From the NCBI GenBank assembly GCA_052327205.1, contig CM126223.1:68820001-68884000 (forward strand): a stretch of DNA of 64,000 bases. Direction: 5' to 3'. This stretch comes from Somniosus microcephalus. Lineage: Eukaryota. Each line of letters begins with the position of its first letter. Within the stretch, counting starts at the first letter, position 1. Under the pieces are notes generated by a model. The model was not told the DNA's origin. It searched no databases and was given only the letters and a program-made list of their open reading frames with translations. The translations under genes were made by a program, and so were the position numbers. This document shows positions 12,330 to 24,505 of the stretch, in pieces.

Positions 12330-12620
12330 GGTGCGATTCCACAGACACCAGTAGCCCACTTGTATCATGCCCAAGTGGCCATTCTTCATGTGTCAGCCAA
12401 CACAGCGAACATGCTATTTGTGAAGGGCATCACAGCCAAGCCAGATCATGTTCTCACTGGACATCCATGCACATGCATTTCCCAGCAAGGTCACTGGACA
12501 GTGATCACTGGCTGATTTTATCCCTTCCCAAGCCCAGGGGCAGAGAGACCAAATGTAGCATCCAAATGCCCAGCGGACATCAGCTAATGGAGTATAAATC
12601 GAGCAGTGAACTTTGGAATT
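12330..12620 (-). mobile_element. Old SINE, second family, reverse copy
   Basis: The reverse complement contains tgatcactgtccagtgaccttgctgggaaatgcatgtgcatgga, similar to the other copies. Confidence 0.45.
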
Positions 12621-13035
12621 TCTTGTCGGTTAGCCTAAGCGCTCCCTTCAGGAGAAATCTCTAGTCATTTTTAAATTCAAAAGAAGTGAAGCCGTGACTG
12701 TCTCAATCCAGAGTAACCATGAAGACCAGTCTTTTACAACTCAACATCTCAATGCATTGCATTTTTAGCATTTTGTTTTAAGTTTCATGTTCTTGTGTTA
12801 CACGAGCAGATATCCACAACAATGCTTACAGGTAGTCTGAGGACAGGAAAATGTTTGTAATGATTACCTTCTAACCTGAATGCTACTGTTCTAAATAAGT
12901 AAATGCAAGTAATTGTAACCAGTTAGGTCAGAGAGCAATTGTAATTGCTTGTGAATTTTAGGCTCCAGAGCAATGTGACATCTGGTGTTTGATGGATGCA
13001 TACTAGATGCAAAGCTTTTATATATAGATTAGCAG

Positions 13036-13425
13036 GTCTTTTTTTATTTTTATTCGTTCATGGGATGTGGGCATCGCTGGCATTTATTGCCCATTCCTAA
13101 TTGCCCTTGAGAAGGTGGTGGTGAGGCTCGTTAGGCCATTTCAGAGGACAGTTAAGAGTTAATCATGTTGTTGTGGGTCTGAGTCACATGTAGGCCAGAC
13201 CCTGGACGGCAGTTTTCCTTCCCTAAAGGACATTAGTGAACCAGATGGGTTTTTATGACAATCATGGTCAGCATTACTGATACTAGCTTTTTATTCCAGA
13301 TTTACTTACTAACTGCATTTAAATTCCCCAGCTGCCGTGGTGGGATTTGAACTCACGTCTCTGGATCATTAGTCCAGGCCTCTGGATTACTAGTCCAGTA
13401 ACATCACCACTATGCTACCGTACCC
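13036..13425 (-). mobile_element. tRNA-head SINE (third family) with LINE-derived tail
   Basis: Minus-strand head ggtagcatagtggt...gagttcaaatccc. Tail accaccttctcaagggcaattagg...caataaatg...gaataaaaa is shared with 60520-60665. Confidence 0.7.
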
Positions 13426-13502
13426 CTGTGGCAATGTTCACAGTAAATCAGATGGTGCGCTGTTTTATGATAACAGGAGGTTTATATCATTTAATAAATA
13501 AC

Positions 13503-14186
13503 GGCCTGGATTTTGCAGTCAGCAGTGAATGAACAGCGCCAGTCATTCATTACACTTATGCACAGACTTTCTATGGGCTTTTGCACTGGAGCTTGCGGTA
13601 ATTAGAAATCCATTTCAACGTGGCGCCCTCTACAGGGACCTGTGTGAACAGGGCAAGCAACTGTGCATCTCCTTAACCAATCAGATTGAAGAATTCTTAA
13701 TGAGCAGCGCAGAGTCTATACCAGGAAATGCAAGTTAGAATATTTAATTCAACATAAAATCTTATACAGGATGCAAGACAGAAAGAAAGATGGGATTACG
13801 AGAAAGCAACAAAAGAGACAGAATTTTTTTTTTATATCTCCAACAATAATTAAAATCTGAGGAAATGAGACTCCACACTTGTAAAAAGTTAATTTTCAGG
13901 GCCAGAGAGGTCATTTGGCAGTTAAAAATCCACTTACACTAGAATGGGCAAGCCCGAACTTTTATTGGCGAGTTTAGTGGATAAGTTTAGCAACTTCACG
14001 CGTTTCAATGGTGAGTCTTTTGCCGAGATATTGGTATAGTGAAGCTTCTGGAGGAGCAGGGCAACTCAGACAGCAACTTCCCGATTTCCGTGTTTAACTG
14101 CGCACGTGTGGCTGCTGTCTGATTTACTCTTTAATAACGGTGAGCATTGATAGCCTCACCGTTATTTATACCACAAAATCCGGGCC
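13503..14186. mobile_element. Non-autonomous DNA transposon, possibly PIF/Harbinger-like
   Basis: Terminal inverted repeats ggcctggattttg / caaaatccgggcc. No clean TSD seen. Confidence 0.55.
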
Positions 14187-14974
14187 AATATATTATACTA
14201 AGCTGGAGCTGTATCCCTTTAAAGTAACAAAGTCGAATTGTGGTTAAGTAAACACAAACTCAGGCCACAGTTTAATTGTTATTTGGTCAGGGAACTTTGC
14301 AAACTGCAAAGTATTTCTCAGTTTCAGCATCAGGTGAAAGTACCCTGGATAAAGAAAATGGCTCCCATCCCTTCTTTCTTCCAGAAACAGATTACTTTGC
14401 ATCAGTAATGTATGCACCAAAATACAGCTTTTAATGTATTAGCAAATATCCAGTGGTGTATTATTTCTCTGCTAATATGATGTGTCTATTTAAGGCGACA
14501 AAGTATAATTACTGTTACTGGGCGAGAGTTTGTACAAAGGTTAATTAAGAGACTACAAATATTTTGGCTCTGGTATTTTGCATTCTTGAAGAATTGCTTG
14601 ATTTTTTTTTGAACTGAGGGTTACACAGAAATTTGGCTCTAACACTAGATGTGACAAGAAGTATGCACTAGATGTACGGTTTTTATAATAGCTGTTTATA
14701 ACAAGTGAGAGAATGCACTCTGTTATAAACTCTGGAACATTATAGGCGTAAGTGTGTAAGGGCTACAAAATCTATTTGCTATTAAGTAAGCATTGGGATT
14801 ATAGAAGTCAATTTAAAAGCGGTTAATGTCGAGCAAGTTCATTAATTGAAAGACTGCAGATATCCTGGCTCTAGAATTGTGCATTTCTGGGGAGTTCTTC
14901 ACCCTTCTTTTCAAAGTCCAACACAGAATGTGGAAGGTGATAGATAGAAAATATGCAGTTTACATTACCAAGTA

Positions 14975-15310
14975 CAGGAAACTCTTTTTTATCCAGCACC
15001 GACGGGACCGGCGTGGTGCCGGTTTATCAAAAAGTCCGGCTTACAGAGAGTTATAGTTAAAAGGTACGAGAGCCCCGTACACAGCAACAAATCCAGGCTT
15101 CCCTGTTGCTTAGCAACAGGTGCAAGAAGCCCGGCCACAGACCAAGCGTCCCTGTTGCTTAGCAACAAGTGCAGGAACCCCCGATTACACAGCCAAGAAT
15201 CAAGAAACGGCCACTAATATGAAGAAAAACTTCACTGAACCTACTCCTGAATTTTGCCGGTTAACCGAGATTTCCGGTTGTTTGGGTGCCGGTAAATCGA
15301 GAGTTTCCTG
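14975..15310. mobile_element. Same MITE family, copy 3
   Basis: ta|caggaaactc...gagtttcctg|ta, with a ~49 bp internal tandem unit. Confidence 0.85.
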
Positions 15311-16891
15311 TATGATGATCCTACTTCAAAACATGAGTGTAAACGGGAGTGTCAAAACAGCAGCAGAAACAAGACAAAAATGACTCTCAATAGGCGAGAA
15401 ATAGTTATGAAAATCACTGTGGAACTGTACCCCAGGAGTACGGAGTTTTTAAAACAAATTTTACAGAAATATTTTTGAAATACTGAAATGGGGAATCAGT
15501 CATTCTGAAGACAGTAGGAAGGAAGAACTATAAGAGTAAACAATAGGATTTTCTAATACTTTCGCTTCATCAGTCACTGAGTGGCAAAGCTGCCCAAAGC
15601 CTGCGGAGAAGGTCAGTCACACTTTAATGACAGGCCCATCACAAAAGTTACCAGAAGCAATTCATACAGACAAATATAAAATAGAGTTTATCCGAATACA
15701 GGGACACGCAGTTACTAAATCTAATCCAGGAAGAAAAATGCAATTTGGTTAATACTCACATGAGGAATGCAACAAACTAAAGGAACTAATAATTAAGTGC
15801 CTTGAACCATTTTTGAAAGTTTAGAACATTCTTGTGTTCATAGCTGGCAAGAGATATGCCCCTTTAGTTCCACTAGAGGCATTCCCTGCTTAAAAGTAGG
15901 AAGGCTGCCTCAGCTAGAAGAAAGCCAAACTGTCACAGCAGGAATTACTGCCAGGCCCAATTCAAGCATCAGAATTTCCCATTACTTTCTAATATTGCTA
16001 AAATCTGCATCAGAAATACAACATTGTCCACAGATTGTCGGGCTTTTTAGTTGGGTAATGGGGATGGGGAGAAGAGAAGACAAGAATAAGTTATGAATCA
16101 ACACAACAACTCTCATCGGGTACACTTATTTAAAAAAAACTCAAGTCCCTCTTCATGGGCTGGAAAGCCGAAAACACGCAACCCCAGGAAGCTTGAATTC
16201 AATCGTCATGGTAACTCAGAACATATTGTTGTGTGTCAGATTCCAATGCTTATGTTTTTCTTTGATCTTTATCATCTTATTCCCTCCTCCCTCTTTAGAT
16301 TTCCCTGGGACAGTCGGCCACCAGGAATGCATGAAAGAACCCAAACGTTACGTCTTTCCTGCAGAAAGGCACCTAGTTTCTGCCCAACACCGAGGCCGAG
16401 ATCAGTGCACAGAATTTTTGGGAGAAGCCTACATCTTCCTATAAAGAAGTGCAGCACATTGGGGCACCAATATATTCACCAAATCATCCAGTTTCCACCA
16501 GGCTAAGTTGTTACAAGGTTTATGCAGTATTTTTGGAATGTAGCAAGGTAACATGGAGGAAATTCAGTCATTACTCCATTAACACTTTGAAACATTCTTA
16601 AAGAATATTACTTTTAATTGAAGACGAGCAGAATCAATCCTGCCCTGCAGAAGAAAACCTCCCTCAACTGATCACACAATGACATTGACTGAATGTGAAA
16701 AATCCCAGATTAACTCCACACCCCACCAGGTGAAGGATGTAGCATGGTGAGAATAGTGAAAATGTAACCAAAGGTCAAGGGGGAAAAAAGGGAAATTATG
16801 CTTTTTTACACGACCAAACATTTATTTCCTAATGTAAACACAAGACCACAATAACCACTTTATCACCAGTACAAAGGAAACATTAACATAC

Positions 16892-17230
16892 CTATTTGGT
16901 TTTTTACTGACTGTCCCTTCTCCACCTCTTCGGCCACTTTTTTCTTGGAGAAAGTCATTACTGTGACATTGTCTTTCTCCGCATCTTCATCACTTCTGTC
17001 ATCGTCTTGATCATCCTCCTCCTCCTCCTCTTCTTCGTCACTATCATCGCTTTCTCCAATATCATCCATGCCTTCTGTGAATTTCTCAAAGTCTTTGATT
17101 TTTTGGAAGTCAAAATTACATTCTTTCATCTTATTACTCAAAGGTTCTGTGTTGTTCTCCTCTTCCTCATCATCTTCCTCATCCTCAGTGCTTTCCATGT
17201 CCTCAGCTGCTTCTTCCTCATCGTCATCAT
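16892..17230 (-). CDS. AATF: AATF coding exon 3 (acidic region)
   Basis: Acceptor actgttag. D/E-rich tract ending VMTFSKKKVAEEVEKGQSVKNQI. Donor G|GTATGT; 339 nt, phase 1-1. Confidence 0.92.
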
Positions 17231-18451
17231 CTAACAGTTATGGGCATAAAATGTTAAAAGTTTAAAACAGGTTTCTTAAGACATCATGCTTTTGCCTGCT
17301 TGCTTAGCAAATATTTTACACAAGTTTTACGTACATATTGAAAGGATATGTAAAATAATTCAGAATTCCCCATCTAAATGCTTATACTCCATGACCTATT
17401 GGATTTCCCTTCAGCTTTAAGGTTTTGCTAAAACTGGAGATGAAACTACAACCTTGCAACACCGTAAGCTGGCTGCGCTCACACAACTTAATTTTTCATT
17501 AGCTATACAAATTGAAACCATAAAATTAACCAGATGGCCCAATTTGGTAGGCACCCTGCTGCCAGGTTAAGTTGCTATGTGGTATATGCATATTTTCAAC
17601 ATGCAATAGGCATACATGAAGGGAATTCACGGTCATGGATACCATCAAATGTTTAAAGCAAACATTGACAAATAGCTGTATGAACTGTACAGCACACAAG
17701 GTGGAATCCAAGGAGATTCAATGCCTTCTCTTGAAATACGTTTTCTTTTATTTCCAAGAGCAAGGTATACTGGGCAACTGCCAAAAGGCAGTTATGAGCT
17801 GCGCAGCCTTGCGATCGGCAGATATTTAATAAAAATAAATTCACAGGGACGCAGAGTGTAGTCACCTCTATTTAAAGTGACTCAAAGTGGAGAATCCCAA
17901 GGCATTTGGGACCTACAGCCATTACAATAACTTCTATTCAATGAAATGTCAGCTGCTTACTTTGGCAAGTGAATACTACTCCCGTTTACAGGTTATATTT
18001 AAAGCCCAAACTACGCACAGTTACCATCCGTACAAACGACATAACTTTTATTTTTGCAGAATCCAAATACAGCCCATTAAAAATAGAAAACCGCATTTTT
18101 GAAATCATTCTACTGTAGCTAAAAATAAAAAGGAAATGTGCAAAGAATAATGTTACCGCTTATTTCCTCTGAATCCCTGCTAACGGAGGAACATTGCCGT
18201 ATTTTTGATCACATGCATTTTCAAGCTAAAAGACTATTTTTTGTAAAGTTTTTGCTCTCACTTTGAAGCTAGAAAATGAAGCCCCAACCATGTGACAACA
18301 ATAAATCAATTACCTACCCATAAACGTGGGATAATATAAAGCATACGAACTGCACAGCTATTACTTGGGATGGATCTGACTCCCATGACCTGGGTGTATG
18401 GTGTTATTAGGACTGCTTGAAACTGTGAAAATGCTGAGGCATATCACCTAC

Positions 18452-18634
18452 CTGATGCGCCAGACAAAGAATCCTCTCCAGCCTCTTCCTGCAATGCCTT
18501 TCGCGAGGTTGCCTGCCCGGCATACCTCCTGTCTGTATCAGACAGCAACACTGAAGCATATTTCCGCAGTTTACTGTCAAATGCGCAGTCATCTTCTCCC
18601 TCGTCAAACCGGTCAATGACTTTGGCAATAGTTG
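18452..18634 (-). CDS. AATF: AATF coding exon 2
   Basis: Acceptor tttgtttcacag. Encodes [16 protein letters not shown]...[13 protein letters not shown] (AATF motif [10 protein letters not shown]). Donor G|GTAGGT; 183 nt, phase 1-1. Confidence 0.93.
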
Positions 18635-20984
18635 CTGTGAAACAAAGAGAAAACTTGAGTCCCGGCATGCACTTGGTTTTAACAGTAAAGACAATATAGC
18701 TACAGCTAGCACGCAAACAGCTCAATCCACTTCAATAAAGGAGACAACACTGTTTCATTATAAAATTGTTAAAGAAGCAATATTCCTTAATTAGCACAGG
18801 TGACAGTTATAATTTATTTCTATTGATTTTTTTTTAAAGTTTGCTACCACCCTGCTAGGACTGACATTTTCAGAGTGGGTGGGTTGAGCAGACTACAGCT
18901 GTGTGTTGCTTCCTACCTGCAGTCTGATTCTCCATCAATAGCTGGCCCATGGGACAGAAACGCTTGCTTCACCACTATGTCTGACACTCCAGCTAATCGA
19001 AGGGAACAGCAGGCTTAGCGCTGCACTAAAATAAACTTTAACGGTACCCTAGATACTATATTCAATGATACAATATACCTTTTGTTTCTGAATAAAATGC
19101 TTCTTTCAATTGTCTACATATGTAAAAAAAAGTTTGCTGCAGATTGGTTTGTGGCACAATGCAATTACTGTGGATGCTCGAACTACAGCCAGTGGGCCAC
19201 ACACAGCTCAGAAAATCCAGGCAACTCAGTCCTTTTTTGCACTCATTTTTTACTTGCTATGCTGTCCTATTTGAATTTCAGCTGCCCAAAGTTTGGCAAA
19301 GTGATTTTCTTAGCACTGTTGGTGGCTAAATCCCAAATGGTAACACCATGATTCTCAGGACATAGGCAGGTTAGCTCGAGCACAGCACAGAATGTCCAAC
19401 ATACCAGTCAGAAACATGGCAGACGACCAGCAGTAGAGGTGGCTGATGTTTAGGGGTGTGGAGCTGCTGAGAACAGATCCACCTGGTTCAGAGGTGCAAA
19501 TCAGCAGCTGGGAGAACTAGTGAGTCACATGGGAATAATTAGCCAGAGCTCAGTTTAGGAAATAGGGTTCAAAATAGCAAATTTAGATGTGGCAGGAAGC
19601 AAGCAGTGCATGCAGGATGTTTTAAAATATCTATAATTTTAATGTTAAAACTGCTTTCAAATCTAATTTCTCGACATGATATGGTTATCTGTCATGCATG
19701 GAATCACAAGCCTATTTAAGGCCCTACTTTTGCATGATACTACTGTACGAGAGCAAAATGCTTATGGCTATAGTCAATTATTAATGACTCCCCTTCATTT
19801 ACGACAACATCCTAGGATCATTAAACACTTCTGTACAGCAGGTATATATGAAGTCGCCAGTACTACAGCATATTGTATCTTAGACCACAGATGTGATAAC
19901 TGTAAGCCAGTCGGATCACCTCCATGGAACTACTAAAATACATATAAGTAACTTTACCTCAGATTCTGCAATACAACTGTTAGATGACATTTCCCATAAA
20001 ATGAGCACCTGATTACAGGTCATCACCGAACTGTGTGGGGTACACTAGCATCAAAATGAACTTTTAGTTGAAAAATCCAAAATCTGCCAAATAGCGATAA
20101 AATGATGAATCCTCAAAATAAGACAGTTCCTATGCTTTAAAAATTGAGACCAGAAGTATTTAAAGATAAGAGTGAAGGGTTTCAGTAGCTCAAGCAGCGA
20201 GAACAAAATTGAACCAGAAAAGTTGTGAACACGAGAGCAAGGAGCTGCTCATCATGTGAACTACCTTCTTCAGATGGCCATTTTGTACTGTTCCTCAAGC
20301 CACCAGATGAAGCACTGGGCAAAAAATTAGACCACAAAACACACCCTGACTGTCCCATCTTACCACCAGGAGAAGCGTGTACCTCACCAACAGGCGACAG
20401 ATCAAGGTGGAGAAACGTATGGACAACACTTAATGCCAAGCTGTTAAATATGAAAGTGTGAGAAACTGAGGAGGATCACCGGTGAAAATGAGTTGCGATT
20501 AGGATTAATTTCATATTCAAAAGGCTTGCAAATCAAATATTCTGTTTATGGAAGAATAAAAATTTCATGTATTACATTTTGTCTGCATTATTGTTAGCAC
20601 AGCGGGCACTTTAGTGCCTCCCATCTCTTTATTGAAAGTGCCTTCCAAATCTCTCCAGAGAATTTGGTCCACCATCATGAAAATCACATTAGTGGAAATT
20701 ACAGTTAGAAATTATGACCTGGCACAGCCCCAACTGCCCTATATTTTCATTATGCATTGAAGCTCGTTTCATTTTTAGCTGTGACTCACTGGTACTATAT
20801 TATAAAATAAACAACTACAAACACATGGCCTTAATGCCAAGCAGAAATAGGCTTCCCACATTAACTCCTTCACAGATCTAATTTGGAAATACTTTGATGC
20901 GTCGTGATACTTAAAGGGTGCCAGTGAATCACAGAACTCAGTGTATAAAAAGCAAGAGCTCGGACAAATTTAAACAAATAGCTT

Positions 20985-21110
20985 TGGCTGACACTCCAGC
21001 GCAATGTTGAGGGAGAGTGGCACTGCTGGAGGTGCCGTCTTTCAGATGGGACATTAAACCGCGTTTCCGTCTGCCCTCTCTCAGGTGGACATAAAAAATG
21101 CCATGGCGCC
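20985..21110 (+). mobile_element. Deu-SINE internal fragment
   Basis: gcactgctggaggtgccgtctttcagatgggacattaaacc...ctctcaggtggacataaaa matches the other copies. Confidence 0.7.
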
Positions 21111-21189
21111 AATGTTCCCCATATTATTTTTTGGGCCACTCGGCCCCTTCACTGATGTTCTGGGAGATTGAGCTTGTAACTGACTTAGA

Positions 21190-23057
21190 AAGGTGCAGTG
21201 TTATGCATGTGGGTAGGTTGAGTGCTGAACATACAAACTCTAATGCATCGATCCGTAAGGTTCAGGACCAATGCCGTGAAGAGCTAGAGCGAATAGGATG
21301 TATTCATAGGACAATTAACTACAATACAAAGAATACCATGTTGTCCTTGTACAAGACTTTGATTTGGCCTCAGTTACAATACTGTGTCCAGTTTTGGCTT
21401 CCTCACGGTGAGTGAAGTTGAGGCTTTCGAAAGGGTGCAGAGGAGGATCGCAAGATTAATACCCAGTTTAAAGCATCTTAGTTACCAAGATAGGCTCAAA
21501 GAGCAGGGATTCCACACTTTAAAGAAACATAGACTTAAGAGGCAATTTGATCAAGATTAAGAAACATAGAAGATAGGAGCAGGAGTAGGCCATTCGGCCC
21601 CTCGAGCCTGCTCCGCCATTGAATGAGATCATGGCTGATCATCCAAATTCAGCACCCTGTCCCTGCCTTCTCCCCATATCCCTTGATCCCTTTAGCCTTA
21701 AGAAATATATCCAACTCCTTCTTGAATATATTTAATGAATTGGCCTCCACTGCCTTCTGTGGTAGAGAATTCCACAGGTTCACCACTCTCTGGGTGAAGA
21801 AATTCCTCCTCAACTCTGTCCTAAATGGCTTACCCCTTATCCTTAGACTATGACCCCTGGTTCTGGACTCCCCGGCCATCAGGAACATCCTTCCTGCATC
21901 TAGTCTGTCTAGTCCTGTTAGAATTTTATAAGTTTCAATGAGATCCCCTCTCATTCTTCTAAACTCCAGCGAGTATAAGCCCAATCGACCCAATCTCTCC
22001 TCATACGTCATTCCTGGCATCCCAGGTATCAGCCTGGTGAATCTTCGCTGCACTCCCTCCATGGCAAGAACATCCTTCCTCAGATATGGCGACCAAAACT
22101 GCACACAATACTCAAGGTGTGGTCTCACCAAGGCCCTGTACAACTGCAGCAAGACATCCTTGTTCCTGTACTCGAACCCTCTCGCTATGAAGGCCAACAT
22201 ACCATTTGCCTTCTTAACCGCCTGCTGCACCTGCATGCTTACCTTCAGTGACTGGTGCACAAGGACACCCAGGTCTCGTTGCACTTCCCCTTCTCCCAAT
22301 CTATTGCTGTTCAGATAATAATCTGCCTTCCTGTTTTTGCCACCAAAGTGGATAACCTCGCATTTATCCACATTATACTGCATCTGCCATGCTTCTCTGC
22401 CCAATCACCCAACCTGTCCAAATCATACTGGAGTTTCTCTGCATCCTCCTCACAGCACACATGCCCACCCAGCTTTGTGTCGTCTGCAAACTTGGAGATA
22501 TTACATCTAGCTCCCTCGTCTAGATCATTTATATATATTGTGAATAGCTGGGGTCCTAGGACCGATCCCTGCGGTACCCCACTAGTCACTGCCTGCCACT
22601 CGGAAAAAGACCCGTTTATTCCAACTCTCTGCTTCCTGTCTGCCAACCAGTTCTCTATCCAAGTCAGTACCTTGCCCCCAATCCCATGTGCCTTAACTTT
22701 ACATGCTAATCTCTTATGCGGGACCTTATCAAAAGTCCAAGATGATGATGAAGGGAATAGATTGCGTTTGTGTAGACAGTTTATTTTAACTAAATAGGCT
22801 AGGGAGGACCAGGGGGTCACAATCAAGTTATGCAAGGCCTGGACTGACTAGTTTTTGATCGTCTAAAGGGGTCGGAGAGGAATTTTCCAGATTTTTTCCT
22901 CTACTTGGCCTGGTTTTTTTTCATTGATCCTAGGAGATTACATGGCTTTGGAGTCGGGTGGGGAGTGTATGCATTGTGATGCACAAGGAATTACAGTTTT
23001 GAGAGACAGGCTGGATGGACCAGTGGGTCTTTTCCTGCCCGTCATTGTTGTGTTCGT
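21190..23057 (+). mobile_element. Old CR1 3' fragment split by a younger antisense CR1 (parts about 21190-21560 and 22738-23057)
   Basis: Left part encodes LYKTLIWPQLQYCVQFWLP. Right part continues with atgaagggaatagat...aggaccagggggtcaca and the 3'UTR ctggatggaccagtgggtcttttcctgc. Confidence 0.7.
21561..22737 (-). mobile_element. Young CR1 LINE 3' fragment with RT domain (one frameshift)
   Basis: ORF 22311-22835 carries [11 protein letters not shown] and KFADDTK; ORF 21649-22404 carries the ORF2 C-terminus. Possible caagat TSD at 21552-21557 and 22738-22743. Confidence 0.95.
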
Positions 23058-23735
23058 ACAGGAACAGGCCATTCGACCCAATGGTCTATGCCAGTGTTTA
23101 TCCACATACGCCACACCAGCGTCCTCAAGCCCTACTTCATTTAAACAAACAATGCGTATCCGAGTGGAACCGGAGAGGGCGAGCTGTGCTATAATTTTAC
23201 CTTTGCACCAATGCTAAACTAGCACTGTAAATCCAAGGTCCAACCCAACTCCAGAGCAAAGCAAAGTGAGATTGCCTGGAAATGGTGGTGTCACACCACT
23301 TTGGTTTGGCACCACACAATGTAAATCGGTGGGGGTGGAGGTCAAACCTGGATACACGAGTTATTGGAACTGCACCGAGGGAATACTGTGGATAGTTGAG
23401 CTAGATGGACCCCTCTACCTGAAACTGTTACTATGTTACAAAGCACTCAAGAGGGCCGAGCACATTCTAAATCCAAGTTAAATGTTTCGAAAGAGGAAAT
23501 TCTCCGTATTTACTTCAGGTTTTTGGTCACCTGTCCCAATATCTCCTTAATGTGGCTTGGAGTCAAATTTTGTTTGATAACGTTCCAGTGAAGCGCCTTG
23601 GAACGATTTTTACATTATAGGCGCTATATAAATGCAAGATGCTGTTGTAAACATTTAAATGAAGTAGGGCTTGAGGACGCTGGTGTGGCGTATAAACACT
23701 GGCATAGACCATTGGGCCGAATGGCCTGTTCCTGT
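23058..23735. repeat. Inverted repeat pair (23058-23145 / 23654-23735) enclosing CR1 and L2 remnants
   Basis: Arms are near-identical apart from a 6 bp indel and one substitution. An L2 tail lies between them at about 23522-23648. Confidence 0.85.
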
Positions 23736-23816
23736 GCTGTGCATTCCATGCAAATGTTTTAACTGTTAGGAGAGAGTTGTGCCCACACCTGTATGTGTCT
23801 CTCTCATGGTTAAGAT

Positions 23817-23924
23817 TGTAAGAAGTCACACAACACCAGGTTATAGTCCAACAGCTTAAGCTGTTGGACTATAACCTGGTGTTGTGTGACTTCTTACATT
23901 TGTCCAACTCCGGCATCTCCACAC
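23817..23924. mobile_element. Second Penelope-like family short insertion with perfect 82 bp palindrome
   Basis: Loop-less palindrome at 23817-23898, centred on cagctt|aagctg. Direct repeat catggttaagattgt at 23805-23819 and 23925-23939. Confidence 0.7.
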
Positions 23925-24420
23925 CATGGTTAAGATTGTTACACAATTCCAGCCAGGCGCATATAAACGCTGTTCTGCTTGGCTGGAGCCCGACAGGACC
24001 AAGCAGGGGGGCCGGAGCGGTGACCCAGCTGGGACTGACTGACTGCTTCAAACCAGCAGGGCTCAGCCTGAAGCAGGCTCGCAAACTCTGCTCAACGGCC
24101 CAAAACTTTCAGCAGGATGCAGGTAATAAAATAACGTGCATTTAAAATAACAAACAAAATTTTAAAAAATCCCCAAAGAGCTCATAAATCGAACAAGCCG
24201 CAATTAGCGACTCAAGTTCCACTTGTTAACCCGGGTCCTGTAAAGCCGGAGCCGGGGCTCGAAACCGGGCCCGAGCGAGCGAGCGAACGAGCGCGCTCGC
24301 TCACAGAAAGGAGCCGCCAGGCTCTCACAGGCCGGCTCATTTACTTATTGCGATAGAGCACGAACTCCTCTAGCCAGGGAAGGAACACACTTCGATCGAA
24401 GGCCCCCCGCCTCCCGTTAC

Positions 24421-24505
24421 CTTCATCCTGCTCGTCCTCCGGGTCTTTAAAGGTCGGTAATGGGTTTAACAAGTCCTCCAACTGCCGCGAGATGGGCGCC
24501 GCCAT
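24421..24505 (-). CDS. AATF: AATF (apoptosis-antagonizing transcription factor / Che-1 / Bfr2 homolog) coding exon 1
   Basis: ATG at 24505 encodes MAAPISRQLEDLLNPLPTFKDPEDEQDE+G, matching the AATF N-terminus. Donor G|GTAACG at 24420-24419; 85 nt, phase 1. Confidence 0.93.
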
